64,000 bases of DNA from Candidatus Cloacimonadales bacterium. GTDB taxonomy: Bacteria > Cloacimonadota > Cloacimonadia > Cloacimonadales > JAIOQZ01. The stretch is taken from the NCBI GenBank assembly GCA_963665815.1, contig OY762463.1, positions 2,816,001 to 2,880,000 on the forward strand, written 5' to 3'. How positions within the stretch are numbered: position 1 is the first letter of the stretch; each line of letters begins with the position of its first letter. Both the position numbers and the translations under genes were made by a program. The notes under the pieces are model-generated. The model was not told where the DNA came from, made no database searches, and saw only the letters and a list, made by a program, of their open reading frames with translations. This document shows positions 51,033 to 62,151 of the stretch, in pieces.

Positions 51033-53879
51033 TTAGAAATTTTCATATTCATTTTCATCAGATGAGTCTTCCAGTAATGGTATTACTTCTTCCGGTTCAA
51101 CCTGATAAATCTTTGCATGTTGTATTTGTCTTCTGTTAGATCTTCTGTCTTTTTTACTATGACTATCCTTAAGAGTGAATTTTTCAATCATAGATCTTAG
51201 CTCAGCAGATTGACTGTTTAGTTCTTCCGAAGCACTTGCTGACTCTTCAGCATTAGCTGCAGATCTCTGAGTTACCTTGTTTAGCTCTGAAACTCCGGAA
51301 TTGATTTGGCTGATACCTGTAGATTGACTGTCACTTGCGATTGATATCTCTTCAACAATTGTATCAACTTTTTCAAAGCTGGATTTGATGTCGTTGAAAT
51401 TCTTTGTAACTTCATTAGCTATGTTTTCACCTTGTTGAGAGCTTTTCTTGGAATCCTCAATAAGAACAGCAGTATTTTTAGCTGCCTCAGCAGACCTTAG
51501 AGCAAGGTTCTTTACTTCTTCTGCAACGACTGCAAAGCCTTTACCTGCTTCTCCTGCATGTGCCGCTTCAACAGCCGCATTAAGAGCAAGCAGATTTGTC
51601 TGGAATGCTATTTCATCAATGGTTTTCAGAATTTTACCGGTTTCATCTGATGATGTAATAATCTGCTGCATGGACTCGTTCATCTTTATCATCTGTTCAC
51701 TGCCTATATCAACGGCTTTAAGAGCCTCTCTCGCAAGATTTTTTCCAACGGAAGCAGATTCTGCATTCTTATCTGTAAGAGAGTTCATTTCCTCAAGACT
51801 GGATGATATCTCTTCCAGTGAACTAGCTTGTTCTGAAGTACCTTCAGCCAGTGATTGAGAACCGGTACTGATTTCATTTGTTGCTGATCCTATCTGATCA
51901 ATTGCAACATTTACCTGACTCAGAATTTCGTTAATGGAATCAAGTGAGTTGTTAAGGTTTTCAGCTATTCTTCTGAAGTTGTCATGAACAGCCCTTGTGT
52001 CTTCATCATGGTCTTCTACTTCATAAGTGAATGAAAGATTACCTCTCGACATTTGATTTAGGATGATAGACAACTTTTCTACTTCCTTATTCTGATATTT
52101 GTCAACTTTTGCTGCAACTCTTTCAAGATTTTTCTGAGCGGTTTGATCAATAACAATTTCAATACCACCAACAATGTTTCCATTTCCATCCTTAACAGGA
52201 GCTCCTGTATACATGATATCAATGTCCATACCCTGAGGATGAGCATCTGTTTCTTCTGTAAAAACTGCATTCTTGTTCATGGCCTGACTAATTGCACACT
52301 TGGAGTTCTGGCAGTCAGATGTTTTGAAAGTATTATAGCATTTTGATCCTTTAAGCTGTTCCAGAGTTGTACCAAGTATATCAAGTCCGGTGTTATTCAT
52401 GAAGTTTATATTATACTGTTTATCTACAAGCATAATTGTTGCCGGAATCGAGTTAATATGCCCTACAAATGTTTCGGTCATAGAGTTAATTTTCTTTGTA
52501 AGTTCTTTCCAAGCTCCGCTCATACTATCAGTTGGAGATTGAGTGTATAGCTTACCAAGCTGTATTTCATGAGTCAATTCATTCATGTTGCTGATAAGAC
52601 TGTTCATAACATCAATACAGCTGTTCAGATTGTTTTTAACTTCATTGAAATCCCCTTTGTATGCATCGGTAATTTTTGGAGGGATATTTCCCTTTGAAAT
52701 TCTATCAATATATTCAGCCATAACGTTAATAGGTGATACGAGCTCATCTGTAAGTTTGTTGATAGAACCAACAAGAGTTGCCCAGTCACCATGATATTGT
52801 GTTGCATCACCTCTGTTATCAAGACGCCCATTTGTAATACCTTGAATCATATTGTCAGTATCTACAAGTAACTTCTTCATCATCACTATCATGCCATTAA
52901 GATTATCTTTGACTCTGTTGAAGTCTCCTTCATAACGGTCTGTAATTTCTGGAGGAATAATACCTCTAGATATACTGTCAATGTATTCTGCCATGACATT
53001 TATTGGAGACACAAAAGCATCAACAAGATTGTTAATATTATTAATCAAACCAGCCCATTCACCCTTATATTGACTTGAGTCTGCTCTTGTGTCAAGTTTA
53101 CCCTGAATTGTGGCTTTGATTAATTTATCACTTTCATCCATCAATCCTCTCATCACATCAATGAGATTGTTCAGATTATTCTTAACTTCGTTGAAACTTC
53201 CCTTGTAAGTGTCTCTGATCTTGGGCGGTATCTCTCCATTTGAGAACCTGTCAACATATTCAGCCATAACATTAATAGGAGCAATAAAGGCATCAATAAG
53301 CGTATTTACTTGCTTAATTAGTCCTGCCCAGACTCCACTGAATTTTGTAACATCACCTCTTGCATCAAGCATCCCTTCTACGGTAGATTTAATAAGAAAC
53401 GATGTTTCATCTGTCATACTGTTCATTACGTCAATACAGGTGTTAAGATTGTTTTTTACTTCCAGAAAATCTCCATTATAGTTGTCTGTAATTTTTGGAG
53501 GAATGTTTCCTTTGGAAATCCTGTCAATGTATTCAGCCATAACATTTATCGGTGACACAAAAGCATTAATCAGCTCGTTTGTATTGATCACAATTTCGTG
53601 AAAGTCTACAGAGACGTCGTTAGTATCTCCTCTTGTATCAAGCTTACCATTTACAATTGAATCTGTAATTTCTCTTATTTTGCTTGTAACATTTATAATT
53701 GACTTATTAATTGAATTTGTGAAGAAATAAGCTACAACAACGTCTACCGCTCCAATAATCAGAGTTAGAATAATAGTCATTTGTCTGCTCTGATGATGCA
53801 TGGCTATTTCAGCCAGAATAATCATCGGTATGATACCAATGCATAAAATACCAATAAGTAATTTAGTTTTAATTTTCAT
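51033..53879 (-). CDS. Methyl-accepting chemotaxis protein with poly-HAMP and PAS domains
   Basis: [33 protein letters not shown] signalling tip; two adjacent TMs; four 91-aa repeats; PAS; C-terminal YENF; start likely 53879 (GGGAG upstream). Confidence 0.95.
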   Translation of the reverse strand: MKIKTKLLIGILCIGIIPMIILAEIAMHHQSRQMTIILTLIIGAVDVVVAYFFTNSINKSIINVTSKIREITDSIVNGKLDTRGDTNDVSVDFHEIVINTNELINAFVSPINVMAEYIDRISKGNIPPKITDNYNGDFLEVKNNLNTCIDVMNSMTDETSFLIKSTVEGMLDARGDVTKFSGVWAGLIKQVNTLIDAFIAPINVMAEYVDRFSNGEIPPKIRDTYKGSFNEVKNNLNNLIDVMRGLMDESDKLIKATIQGKLDTRADSSQYKGEWAGLINNINNLVDAFVSPINVMAEYIDSISRGIIPPEITDRYEGDFNRVKDNLNGMIVMMKKLLVDTDNMIQGITNGRLDNRGDATQYHGDWATLVGSINKLTDELVSPINVMAEYIDRISKGNIPPKITDAYKGDFNEVKNNLNSCIDVMNSLISNMNELTHEIQLGKLYTQSPTDSMSGAWKELTKKINSMTETFVGHINSIPATIMLVDKQYNINFMNNTGLDILGTTLEQLKGSKCYNTFKTSDCQNSKCAISQAMNKNAVFTEETDAHPQGMDIDIMYTGAPVKDGNGNIVGGIEIVIDQTAQKNLERVAAKVDKYQNKEVEKLSIILNQMSRGNLSFTYEVEDHDEDTRAVHDNFRRIAENLNNSLDSINEILSQVNVAIDQIGSATNEISTGSQSLAEGTSEQASSLEEISSSLEEMNSLTDKNAESASVGKNLAREALKAVDIGSEQMIKMNESMQQIITSSDETGKILKTIDEIAFQTNLLALNAAVEAAHAGEAGKGFAVVAEEVKNLALRSAEAAKNTAVLIEDSKKSSQQGENIANEVTKNFNDIKSSFEKVDTIVEEISIASDSQSTGISQINSGVSELNKVTQRSAANAEESASASEELNSQSAELRSMIEKFTLKDSHSKKDRRSNRRQIQHAKIYQVEPEEVIPLLEDSSDENEYENF
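52560..53660 (-). repeat. Four intragenic 273-bp tandem repeats (di-HAMP units)
   Basis: NVMAEY codons recur at 53534, 53261, 52988, 52715 (273-bp period). Confidence 0.85.
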
Positions 53880-54393
53880 TCTCTCTCCCGCAACGTTTAA
53901 AATTTCCGACATATACTTCCAGAGTCGGATTATATGGTGAAGAAATGTGCACAACCAGAAATAAGATATATTGAAAACATCTTAAAGCAAGAAAATTATT
54001 AAGTATTGCAATATATACTTTTATTGCTATTAATACTATTTTAAAAGAAAAAATATTGCCGAATGTAGAATGCGATGGTTATGAAATATAGAAACACATA
54101 AATGGTATTAATACAATATGTAAAATTTTATCTGTCAATTACGGCAGTTGCATTGATATGTTCAATACAAACGAACTTAATATCTTATAAAATTATGAGC
54201 TTGGGGATCAGAATGATTTATGCATGTAGGCATGCTGATAGTGCTCATTCATCCTAAAAGTAGGTTTAGTACAAACGATTGCATAAGCTGAAGACAATTA
54301 GGCTAATAAATACGGTTGCTTATTGTTAATAAGGAAACAATGTGTTCGGCAATGTTGAATCATATATAAGATTCTTCATAAGTGTGTAGAAAC

Positions 54394-54795
54394 TTACTTC
54401 AGCATATATGCCTGTAAAAATTCTTTATTACCAAAAACTAAATCATAATGTGGGATTTCTTCCGGACTTATCCATTTATATTCGGAAGATTCCTCATTAA
54501 GTAATATTTTTCCTGTGAAATCTATTTCGAAGTAAAGATTCAGATAGTGTTTTTTTGCGTTTTCAACAGGAAGAGTATCTTGATAGTTAATAAACCTATA
54601 TGAAACAGCATTGAGATTTGTTTCTTCCTTCAATTCTCTCAGGCATGCTTCCTCAAGGGAATTTCCAAAATCAACTTTACCTCCCGGAAGGTTCCAGCAT
54701 CCGGTTCTATGTGATGTGTTTGTTCTTTTGAGAATCAAAATCATATCGTCTTTTTTCAATATCATTCTTACAACAGGTATTGGATGTGATGACAT
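54394..54795 (-). CDS. NUDIX hydrolase
   Basis: PGGKVDFGNSLEEACLRELKEETNL Nudix box; AAGGAG SD before ATG 54795. Confidence 0.92.
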   Translation of the reverse strand: MSSHPIPVVRMILKKDDMILILKRTNTSHRTGCWNLPGGKVDFGNSLEEACLRELKEETNLNAVSYRFINYQDTLPVENAKKHYLNLYFEIDFTGKILLNEESSEYKWISPEEIPHYDLVFGNKEFLQAYMLK

Positions 54796-55042
54796 CAGGA
54801 TCTCCTTAATTAAGTTATTGCCATTCAATGAAAATATGTAATAATGTAAATGTATATTTTAGAAATATGCAGAGTATCAATAAATCCCGTAAATTGCATT
54901 ATAAATCTATTTTCATGGCAAAGTTGATTTGCAGTGATAAAGGTTTTTCTGCTTGTCTCTCGGCAATATTTTAAATAAATTCCATTTTTTTCTTTACAAG
55001 ATTTTGCTAAATGTAAGTATATTATGTATTAATGGAGGAAAA

Positions 55043-58000
55043 ATGAAGAAACTTATAATAGTAGCATTAATGTTGATAGTTTTGTTTTTGCATGCGGAAA
55101 CTATCAAGATTAATGATAATGAATTAGATATTACTGTATTGAATGAGAATGATAATGAAATCATTGTTCAATGCAGGTTTGGGGATTTTGATCTCTCAGA
55201 TCTTGAGTTTAAGGGAGAATCGTATAAAAGAATTAATTGGGGCAGGAATCCGTATATTCAGACAAAGGGTGCTCCTGATCTTCCCAAAGCAGTAAGATCA
55301 CTTATTATTGATGGAAAATCTTCATACAGGGTAGAGCTTGTCGAATCTGAATCTTCTGAATATGATTTAAATTTAATTTCATCCAGAGGAGTTGTTGGAA
55401 GGGATCTTGAATTATCTCAAGTTCCATATACTTTTTCAGACGTATATAAAAAGAACGAATTTTTTCCCGGAAAACTTTTTGATTTGGGAAAACCATATAT
55501 TTTCAGGGATTTCAGAGGTAGTACAATTACTTTTTATCCTTTCCAGTACAACCCTGTAACAAAATCACTTAAAGTGTACAATAATCTGATTGTTAAGATT
55601 ATAAAAACAGGGGCGGGGAGTATCAATGTTTTAAATAGTCCTGCACAAGGTATTTCTCCTGCATTCAGTGAAATATATCAGAATCACTTCATTAACTACA
55701 ACGAGACATTATATCCTCAGCTTGATGAAGTCGGAAGAATGCTTGTGGTCTGTCCTTCTACCTACATGGATGAGATTCAGCCATTTGTTGATTGGAAAAA
55801 TAGAAAAGGTATTGAAACAGATGTTGTTTCAATTGAAACTGTCGGCAATACTCCTGATCAGATTTTTCAGTATATTCAGAACGAGTATGTTTCAACACAG
55901 TTAGATAATCCTTTAACTTTTGTTCAACTGGTAGGTGATTCAGATGTAATGGCAACATTTACTCACCAGTATTTTAATGGTACTTCACATAGAGTCGGTT
56001 CAGCGGACCCTCTATATTCTCTTCTTTCAGGTACAGACAGTTATCCTGAGATATTTGTAGGTCGTTTTTCCTGTAACACTGAGGCTGAGCTTACTCTTCA
56101 AGTTCAAAAAACTATTGAATATGAAAGAGATCTTAATTCCGGAGACTGGCTTCATAAAGCGACCGGTATAGCCTCAAATCTCGGTACGAATCAGGGTGAT
56201 GATTTAGAAGCTGATAACGTACACATGGCGAATATTCGTACAGATCTTCTCAATTACAATTACACAGAAGTTGATACTCTTTATTCACCGTATGCAACAA
56301 CTGATATGGGTATGAATGCAATTAATTCAGGTCGTGGATTTATAAACTATGTTGGACATGGTTCAACTACTTCCTGGGTAAACGGTTCAAGACTTTTAAA
56401 TCAGGATATTGAATCTTTGACGAATGATAATATGCTTCCATTTGTGTTTTCCGTAGCCTGCCTTAATGGAAACTTTGCCGGTAATGACTGCTTTGCTGAA
56501 ACCTGGCTTAATGCTTCAAACGATCAGACAGGAGAACCAACCGGAGCTGTTGCATTTTACGGAGCTTCTGTAGCTCAGGCGTGGGCTCCGCCAATGTGTG
56601 CTCAAGATGAAACTACTGATTTACTGATTGCAGAAGAAGTATCTACTATTGGCGGTTTGTTCTATTCGGGATCGTGTCAGATGATTGATGAATATACATC
56701 TTATGATATTGGTGAAAACCTTTTCAAAACTTGGTTGATATTTGGAGATGCATCTTTACAGATTAGAACAGATACACCTGCTACAATGAATGTAAGCCAT
56801 GTTCAGACAATATATACTATTACTGAAAGTTTGATTGTTCAGACTAATACTACTGAAGCTCTTGTAGCTCTCAGTTATGACGGAGCTTTAATATCAGCAG
56901 GATATACTGATAATTCAGGGTCAGTAAATCTTGCCTGGAATGCAAACAATTTACCAGTAGCCCCTGCTGAACTAAAACTAACAGTAACAGCTTTTAACAA
57001 AATAACTTATAACGGAATTGTCCAGTTAACTCCACCCAATGGTCCATGCCTTACACTAAACAGTTATTCTACAGATAGTGCACCGGAATTTGATTCCATA
57101 TCCTTGATTTCCTTAGATGTGGAGAATTTCGGTAATGAATCTGGAAACAATATGAACTTTGTTCTCAGGACAACTGATGAGCATGTTGTTATAACTGACA
57201 GTACTGCGAATATAGCTCAGCTTGAATCCGGAAGTACTATGCAGATGAACGATGTATTCGAGATTCAGCTTTCAGATAATATACCTGATCAATACAATAT
57301 CCCATTTATTCTGAATGTTACAAGTGATGAATCAAGCTGGATGTTCCGCATGGAACTTGTTGCTAATGCACCAAGATTTTCAGTATCATCATTCAATATT
57401 ATTGATGACCCGGATGATGGCAATGATACTATTGAACCAGGAGAAAATCTGGCTCTTGAAATTGGTGTATCAAATTCCGGACATGCAGCTTCACAGGCTG
57501 GTTTCCTTAATCTTTTCTCACCTTCAGAAGCATTGATCTTTCTCGACAGAACATCTGATCTCACTGCATTACAGACAGGAGAAGAGCAAATCTTCCATTT
57601 CAATGTAAGAATTGCAGATTCAACATCGGCAGGAACTGTTCTTCCTGTTGGTATCACTGCTGAATCAGGAGCATATATGTCACACGAAAGCAGATTTGTT
57701 GACGTTGGAGCAATATTTGACGGCTTTGAAGACAGTCTTAATACTTTTAACTGGGTCATGGGTGGTAATTCTGACTGGCAGGTTGTATCTGAATATGTCT
57801 ATGAAGGCTTAAACTGTCTTGAATCGGGAAATACAGATACAGGTGAAACATCTGAGGTAATGTTCAGTGCAAATATTCCTGTGGATGGTATGTTCTCATT
57901 TTACAGGAAAGTATCCAGTATTCAAAACTTCAGTTATCTGGAGTTCTATATCGACAGCTCGATTGAAGGACAGTGGTCGGGGGAAACTGACTGGGAATAT

Positions 58001-58762
58001 GCTGAATTTTCAGTGGATGCCGGATATCATGAATTTAAATGGGTATACAGACACAGCCCATACATAATACAGGATCCTACTCAGAATAAGAGCTGGATTG
58101 ATAACATTAACATTCCAACAAACGGTAACTCTGTTACCGCATTGATGGCTGTTGAATCTAACGAGATCCAGTTTACAAGAGAAACCAATGTAGAACCGTT
58201 AAGAAGAGAATTATCAATCGTAAATTACGGTAATGTAGTACTTTCCGGTACAATGATTATTAACTCAGATGATTTTTATATCGAACAAAACGGAACAATT
58301 TACAGGAATCTGGATTTCAGTGTTCAACCTGAAACAGAATCTGTCTTCACTATTGTATACGATACTCAGGACAGTGGTACACATACAGGTACATTGACAA
58401 TAAATTCCAATGATCCATATTCTCCATTACTTGTAAATCTTACCGGTTCAACTAGTGTTGCCAATGGAGATGATGATTTGAACTTTGAGACAGGAATAAG
58501 CAGTATTTACCCTAATCCGTTCAATCCTGAAACAAATATCAGGTTTGCCTTGAAACAGGATTCTGATGTTGAGATTTCTGTCTATAATATAAAAGGACAG
58601 AAGGTCAAGACACTCAGAAGGGAACACTTTGTAAAAGGAGAACATGTTGTAACCTGGAAAGGTAAAGATAATAGCAATAGCGATGTTGGATCCGGAGTTT
58701 ATTTCATCAGGCTTAAAACCGGATCAACAGAACAGATTAGAAAAGCTATACTTCTCAAGTAG
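55043..58762 (+). CDS. Gingipain-like C25 cysteine peptidase with propeptide, Ig-like domains and FlgD-Ig/T9SS-A-like C-terminal domain
   Basis: GAPDLP and PFQYNP (C25 propeptide), LVGD, FVGRFS, NYVGHGS (His), SVACLNG (Cys), IFGDASL; YPNPFNPET CTD; GGAGG SD. Confidence 0.93.
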   Translation: MKKLIIVALMLIVLFLHAETIKINDNELDITVLNENDNEIIVQCRFGDFDLSDLEFKGESYKRINWGRNPYIQTKGAPDLPKAVRSLIIDGKSSYRVELVESESSEYDLNLISSRGVVGRDLELSQVPYTFSDVYKKNEFFPGKLFDLGKPYIFRDFRGSTITFYPFQYNPVTKSLKVYNNLIVKIIKTGAGSINVLNSPAQGISPAFSEIYQNHFINYNETLYPQLDEVGRMLVVCPSTYMDEIQPFVDWKNRKGIETDVVSIETVGNTPDQIFQYIQNEYVSTQLDNPLTFVQLVGDSDVMATFTHQYFNGTSHRVGSADPLYSLLSGTDSYPEIFVGRFSCNTEAELTLQVQKTIEYERDLNSGDWLHKATGIASNLGTNQGDDLEADNVHMANIRTDLLNYNYTEVDTLYSPYATTDMGMNAINSGRGFINYVGHGSTTSWVNGSRLLNQDIESLTNDNMLPFVFSVACLNGNFAGNDCFAETWLNASNDQTGEPTGAVAFYGASVAQAWAPPMCAQDETTDLLIAEEVSTIGGLFYSGSCQMIDEYTSYDIGENLFKTWLIFGDASLQIRTDTPATMNVSHVQTIYTITESLIVQTNTTEALVALSYDGALISAGYTDNSGSVNLAWNANNLPVAPAELKLTVTAFNKITYNGIVQLTPPNGPCLTLNSYSTDSAPEFDSISLISLDVENFGNESGNNMNFVLRTTDEHVVITDSTANIAQLESGSTMQMNDVFEIQLSDNIPDQYNIPFILNVTSDESSWMFRMELVANAPRFSVSSFNIIDDPDDGNDTIEPGENLALEIGVSNSGHAASQAGFLNLFSPSEALIFLDRTSDLTALQTGEEQIFHFNVRIADSTSAGTVLPVGITAESGAYMSHESRFVDVGAIFDGFEDSLNTFNWVMGGNSDWQVVSEYVYEGLNCLESGNTDTGETSEVMFSANIPVDGMFSFYRKVSSIQNFSYLEFYIDSSIEGQWSGETDWEYAEFSVDAGYHEFKWVYRHSPYIIQDPTQNKSWIDNINIPTNGNSVTALMAVESNEIQFTRETNVEPLRRELSIVNYGNVVLSGTMIINSDDFYIEQNGTIYRNLDFSVQPETESVFTIVYDTQDSGTHTGTLTINSNDPYSPLLVNLTGSTSVANGDDDLNFETGISSIYPNPFNPETNIRFALKQDSDVEISVYNIKGQKVKTLRREHFVKGEHVVTWKGKDNSNSDVGSGVYFIRLKTGSTEQIRKAILLK

Positions 58763-58893
58763 AGAAATATATTTACAATACCGAGTATATTGCAGATTTC
58801 ACATTGTTGTGATAGAAAAGTAATTGTTGTAAAAGTTTTTTATTGACAAAAGCATGTAAGTTATTCTCAATATGAAAAATATCGGAGGTAACT

Positions 58894-59169
58894 ATGAAGA
58901 AACTCATACCATTATTTCTATTACTTGTATTATTACTTTCTGCATGTTCTCTTAACATGCCGGTTGGAGCAACAGGAAATCCTATTGGAGCAAAAACAGG
59001 GAAATTTGTTCAAACAAGTATTCTTGGTTTTCCACCTATGAAAAGTGACAAGGCTGCTATAGTTGAAGCCGCAAAAGATGGTGGAATAACAAAAATATCT
59101 ACTGTAAACTATACTGTTAAATACAAACTGTTCATTGTTGAGTATGTAACAGTTGTAACTGGCGAATAG
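58894..59169 (+). CDS. TRL-like family lipoprotein (paralogue 1)
   Basis: Lipobox LSAC; AAKDGGITKISTVNY...VVTGE. Confidence 0.75.
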   Translation: MKKLIPLFLLLVLLLSACSLNMPVGATGNPIGAKTGKFVQTSILGFPPMKSDKAAIVEAAKDGGITKISTVNYTVKYKLFIVEYVTVVTGE

Positions 59170-59192
59170 TCCGCTGTTAAAAGAAGGTTATT

Positions 59193-59468
59193 ATGAAAAA
59201 GAAGATTTTTCTATTATTAAGTATCGTAATTATTCTTTCAGCGTGTTCTTATAACAGACCAGTCTGTGCAACTGAACACCCTGTAGGATCCAAAACAGGT
59301 AAGTTTACACAAATAGCAATGTTTAGATATATGCCGTCTGAAACTGATGCAGTTGCAATTCAAGAAGCTGCAAAAAATGGTGGAATAACAAAAATATCTA
59401 CAGTAGACTATATTGTGACCTATTACTTGTTTACAACAAAGTATGAGACAATTGTAACAGGTGAATAG
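59193..59468 (+). CDS. TRL-like family lipoprotein (paralogue 2)
   Basis: Lipobox LSAC; AAKNGGITKISTVDY...IVTGE; same length as paralogue 1. Confidence 0.75.
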   Translation: MKKKIFLLLSIVIILSACSYNRPVCATEHPVGSKTGKFTQIAMFRYMPSETDAVAIQEAAKNGGITKISTVDYIVTYYLFTTKYETIVTGE

Positions 59469-59486
59469 ACTTTAACGATTATCACT

Positions 59487-59515
59487 AAGGCTGCCGGTAC
59501 TCCCGACAGCCTTTT
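59487..59515. terminator. Terminator between TRL genes and pruA
   Basis: AAGGCTGCCGG/CCGACAGCCTT stem; fully paired with a G-U on the - strand. Confidence 0.7.
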
Positions 59516-59520
59516 ACTAT

Positions 59521-61149
59521 TTATCCCATAAATGGATATTTATAGTCTGTAGGCGGTGTGAATGTCTCTTTGACAGTTCTTGGAGATACCCACCTCTGAA
59601 GGTTAATAATTGATCCGGCTTTATCATTCGTACCTGACCCTCTACCTCCACCAAATGGCTGTTGCCCTACTACTGCTCCTGTTGGTTTATCATTAACATA
59701 GAAGTTTCCGGCAGCATTTCTCAATTTATCAAATGCTTTGATAATTGCCTGTCTGTCCTGAGCAAAAACAGCTCCTGTAAGAGCGTAAGGAGATGTACGG
59801 TCACAGATATCGAGAATTTCGTCGTAGGTCTCATCATTATAAACATACACTGTGAGCACAGGAGCAAATATCTCTTCCTGCATAGTTTTGTAGAATGGAG
59901 AATCAGCTTTGATGATTGTAGGAGTGATGAAGTAGCCTTTACTGTCATTATATGTTCCACCATATATAATCTCCGCATGCTCATCTTCTCTGGCATGCTC
60001 AATATAGGATACTGTGTTCTCAAAAGCTCTTTTATCTATGACTGCATTCACAAAGCATGAAAAGTCCTGAACAGGTCCAATTTTAATTTCATAGAGCATT
60101 TTAAAGACTTTATCCTTTACATCATTCCATAAACATCCTGGTATATAGAGTCGTGATAAAGCAGAACACTTCTGACCCTGATACTCAAAAGCTCCTCTGA
60201 CAATAGCAGTTGCCAGACTATCAACGTCAGCAGATTCATGAGCAATCAGGAAATCCTTTCCACCTGTTTCACCAACAATTCTCGGGTAGCTTTTATAATT
60301 ACGAATATTGTCTCCAATTCTTTTCCACATTGCCCCAAAAACATCTGTTGAACCGGTGAAGTGGAGACCGGCAAATAGTTCTGAGTCAAGAGCCGGATTA
60401 CCTACATTAGCTCCACTTCCCGGAAGGAAGTTTATGACTCCATCAGGAAGTCCGGCTTCCTTGAGAAGCTTCATTATGAAATAACCGGATAACACTGCCG
60501 TTGATGCTGGTTTCCAGAGTACAACATTACCCATCATTGCCGGAGCAGTTGGCAGGTTTCCCGCAATAGCTGTGAAGTTAAAAGGAGTAACACAGAAAAT
60601 ATAGCCTTCCAGAGGACGGTATTCAATGTAGTTCAGGGTTCCTCTCGGAGAGTGTGTTGGCTGTTGCTTAAAGATTTCCTGCATGTAATACGTGTTGAAC
60701 CGCCAGAAATCAATCAGCTCTGCTGCAGAGTCAATTTCTGCTTGATAAGCATTCTTACTCTGTCCCAGCATTGTGGCAGCATTAAGTGTAAAGCGATACT
60801 TGGTAGATAGCAGTTCGGCAGCTTTAATGAATATAGCAGCTTTCATCTGATAAGGTATTTTCTCCCATTCTGCTTTTGCTTTCTGGGATTCTTCAATTGC
60901 CATTCGCACTTCATTTTCTCCGGCTTTGTGGAATGTGGCCAGAACATTTTTGTGATTGTGGGGTTCGATGCATTTCCCAAGATCACCGGTACGTATTTCT
61001 TTTCCACCGATAATTAATGGGATTTCAAGGTTAAGATTTGTCAGTCGATCGAGTTCTTTTTTGAGCTCAATTCGCTCAGGAGAACCGGGTGAATAATCCA
61101 GTAATTTTTCATTCATCGGTTCCTTAAAACTGATTATAGTGTTTAACAC
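59521..61149 (-). CDS. pruA: 1-pyrroline-5-carboxylate (glutamate semialdehyde) dehydrogenase
   Basis: QAEIDSAAELIDFWRFN, PFNFTAI, HFTGST, GETGGKDF, FEYQGQKCSA, QPFGG.R.SGTNDKAG; GTG start with GGAGG SD. Confidence 0.96.
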   Translation of the reverse strand: MLNTIISFKEPMNEKLLDYSPGSPERIELKKELDRLTNLNLEIPLIIGGKEIRTGDLGKCIEPHNHKNVLATFHKAGENEVRMAIEESQKAKAEWEKIPYQMKAAIFIKAAELLSTKYRFTLNAATMLGQSKNAYQAEIDSAAELIDFWRFNTYYMQEIFKQQPTHSPRGTLNYIEYRPLEGYIFCVTPFNFTAIAGNLPTAPAMMGNVVLWKPASTAVLSGYFIMKLLKEAGLPDGVINFLPGSGANVGNPALDSELFAGLHFTGSTDVFGAMWKRIGDNIRNYKSYPRIVGETGGKDFLIAHESADVDSLATAIVRGAFEYQGQKCSALSRLYIPGCLWNDVKDKVFKMLYEIKIGPVQDFSCFVNAVIDKRAFENTVSYIEHAREDEHAEIIYGGTYNDSKGYFITPTIIKADSPFYKTMQEEIFAPVLTVYVYNDETYDEILDICDRTSPYALTGAVFAQDRQAIIKAFDKLRNAAGNFYVNDKPTGAVVGQQPFGGGRGSGTNDKAGSIINLQRWVSPRTVKETFTPPTDYKYPFMG

Positions 61150-61227
61150 TTTTCCTCCAAAATTTTATTATTACTTTGGAGACGAAGTCAGAATGAGGGT
61201 ACTATGAGCCTGTAACAGTCTCATTCC

Positions 61228-61330
61228 TTTCGCCTTTCCAAGCACGGGAGGCATAACTGTTTCCGGTTATACCCTATCGGTAATCCGTCATGTCCTATAT
61301 GGATTTAGACTGCAATTACTCGGCGTTTAT
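61228..61330 (-). ncRNA. Moco/Tuco riboswitch aptamer (P3-lacking form)
   Basis: - strand: CGCCGA-GTAAT..CTAA..ATTAC-CGAT-AGGGT-ATAAC-CGGAAAC-AGTTAT-GCCTCCCGTGCTTGGAAAGGCG; matches the AGGG...GAAAC...GCCTCCCGT....GGAAAGG hallmark of the Moco RNA motif. Confidence 0.85.
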
Positions 61331-61334
61331 AGAG

Positions 61335-61362
61335 AAACTAAATAATACAGGTTTCATGTCAA
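61335..61362 (-). promoter_or_regulatory. Putative sigma-70 promoter for riboswitch-pruA transcript
   Basis: TTGACA-16 nt-TAGTTT on - strand ending a few nt before the aptamer. Confidence 0.5.
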
Positions 61363-61449
61363 GTACAGTTCCTATTTCCTGCAGAAAAACATTGATATTA
61401 ATGCACAATTGAATATCTTATATAGACAAAAATAAATATGGAGAACGAA

Positions 61450-61857
61450 ATGCTTATAAAACCCATAAATACAGTTGTCTGTACCGAAGACTTCAAGAAA
61501 ATGCTGGATTGGTATATCAATACATTCGATATGGAACCAATTTACTTTAAAGGTATGGAGAACAGCTATGTAGATCTGAAATCCGGAGATAAAATCCTGA
61601 TCGGCATGAGTGCTTACAATTCGGAAGATGAACCTTTATACAATCCGAGACGAAATGCTACTTACATGCAGATTTCATGCAGTCACATCTTTACTCTTTT
61701 TGACAGAGTTAAGAACACAGGAGGAGAGGTGATGTTTGGACCTTCTCAGGATACAGGTTACTGGTATGGTGGAATTAAAGATCCGGAAGGTAATACAATC
61801 TGGGTATTCACTCCTGATGAAGACCTGAAAGAAGATATACCGCCAGAGCTTAAGTAG
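61450..61857 (+). CDS. VOC/glyoxalase-family protein
   Basis: WY...F, GG.V..GP, IKDPEGN; start 61450 (GGAG upstream) or 61438. Confidence 0.8.
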   Translation: MLIKPINTVVCTEDFKKMLDWYINTFDMEPIYFKGMENSYVDLKSGDKILIGMSAYNSEDEPLYNPRRNATYMQISCSHIFTLFDRVKNTGGEVMFGPSQDTGYWYGGIKDPEGNTIWVFTPDEDLKEDIPPELK

Positions 61858-61885
61858 ACAATACTACAGATTGTCAGACGAAATA

Positions 61886-62119
61886 TTATTTAATCTCTCC
61901 CATTCTTTTCAGAAAGAGGTAGAAGTCTTCAACTTTCTGTCTTGCCCAAGGGGTTTTACGTAGAAACTTGAGGCTTGAGTTGATTGAAGGATCATTTTTG
62001 AAACAGTTAATGTTTATATGTTTTCCAAGATCATCCCAACCACAATAGTCTACAAGTGAGTTGAGAATCATCTTCAGTGTTTTTCCGTGCAGGGGATTGT
62101 TTGCGTTTTTATTGTCCAT
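61886..62119 (-). CDS. VF530/DUF2132-family small DNA-binding protein
   Basis: [36 protein letters not shown]. Confidence 0.9.
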   Translation of the reverse strand: MDNKNANNPLHGKTLKMILNSLVDYCGWDDLGKHININCFKNDPSINSSLKFLRKTPWARQKVEDFYLFLKRMGEIK

Positions 62120-62151
62120 TTGTCCTCATTTTAATTAGTAGTAGCAACCGA

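Noticed and set aside
53960-54390. Long AT-rich gap upstream of the chemoreceptor, checked for c-di-GMP riboswitch or small ORF
   Set aside because: No GEMM-type motifs or convincing stems found
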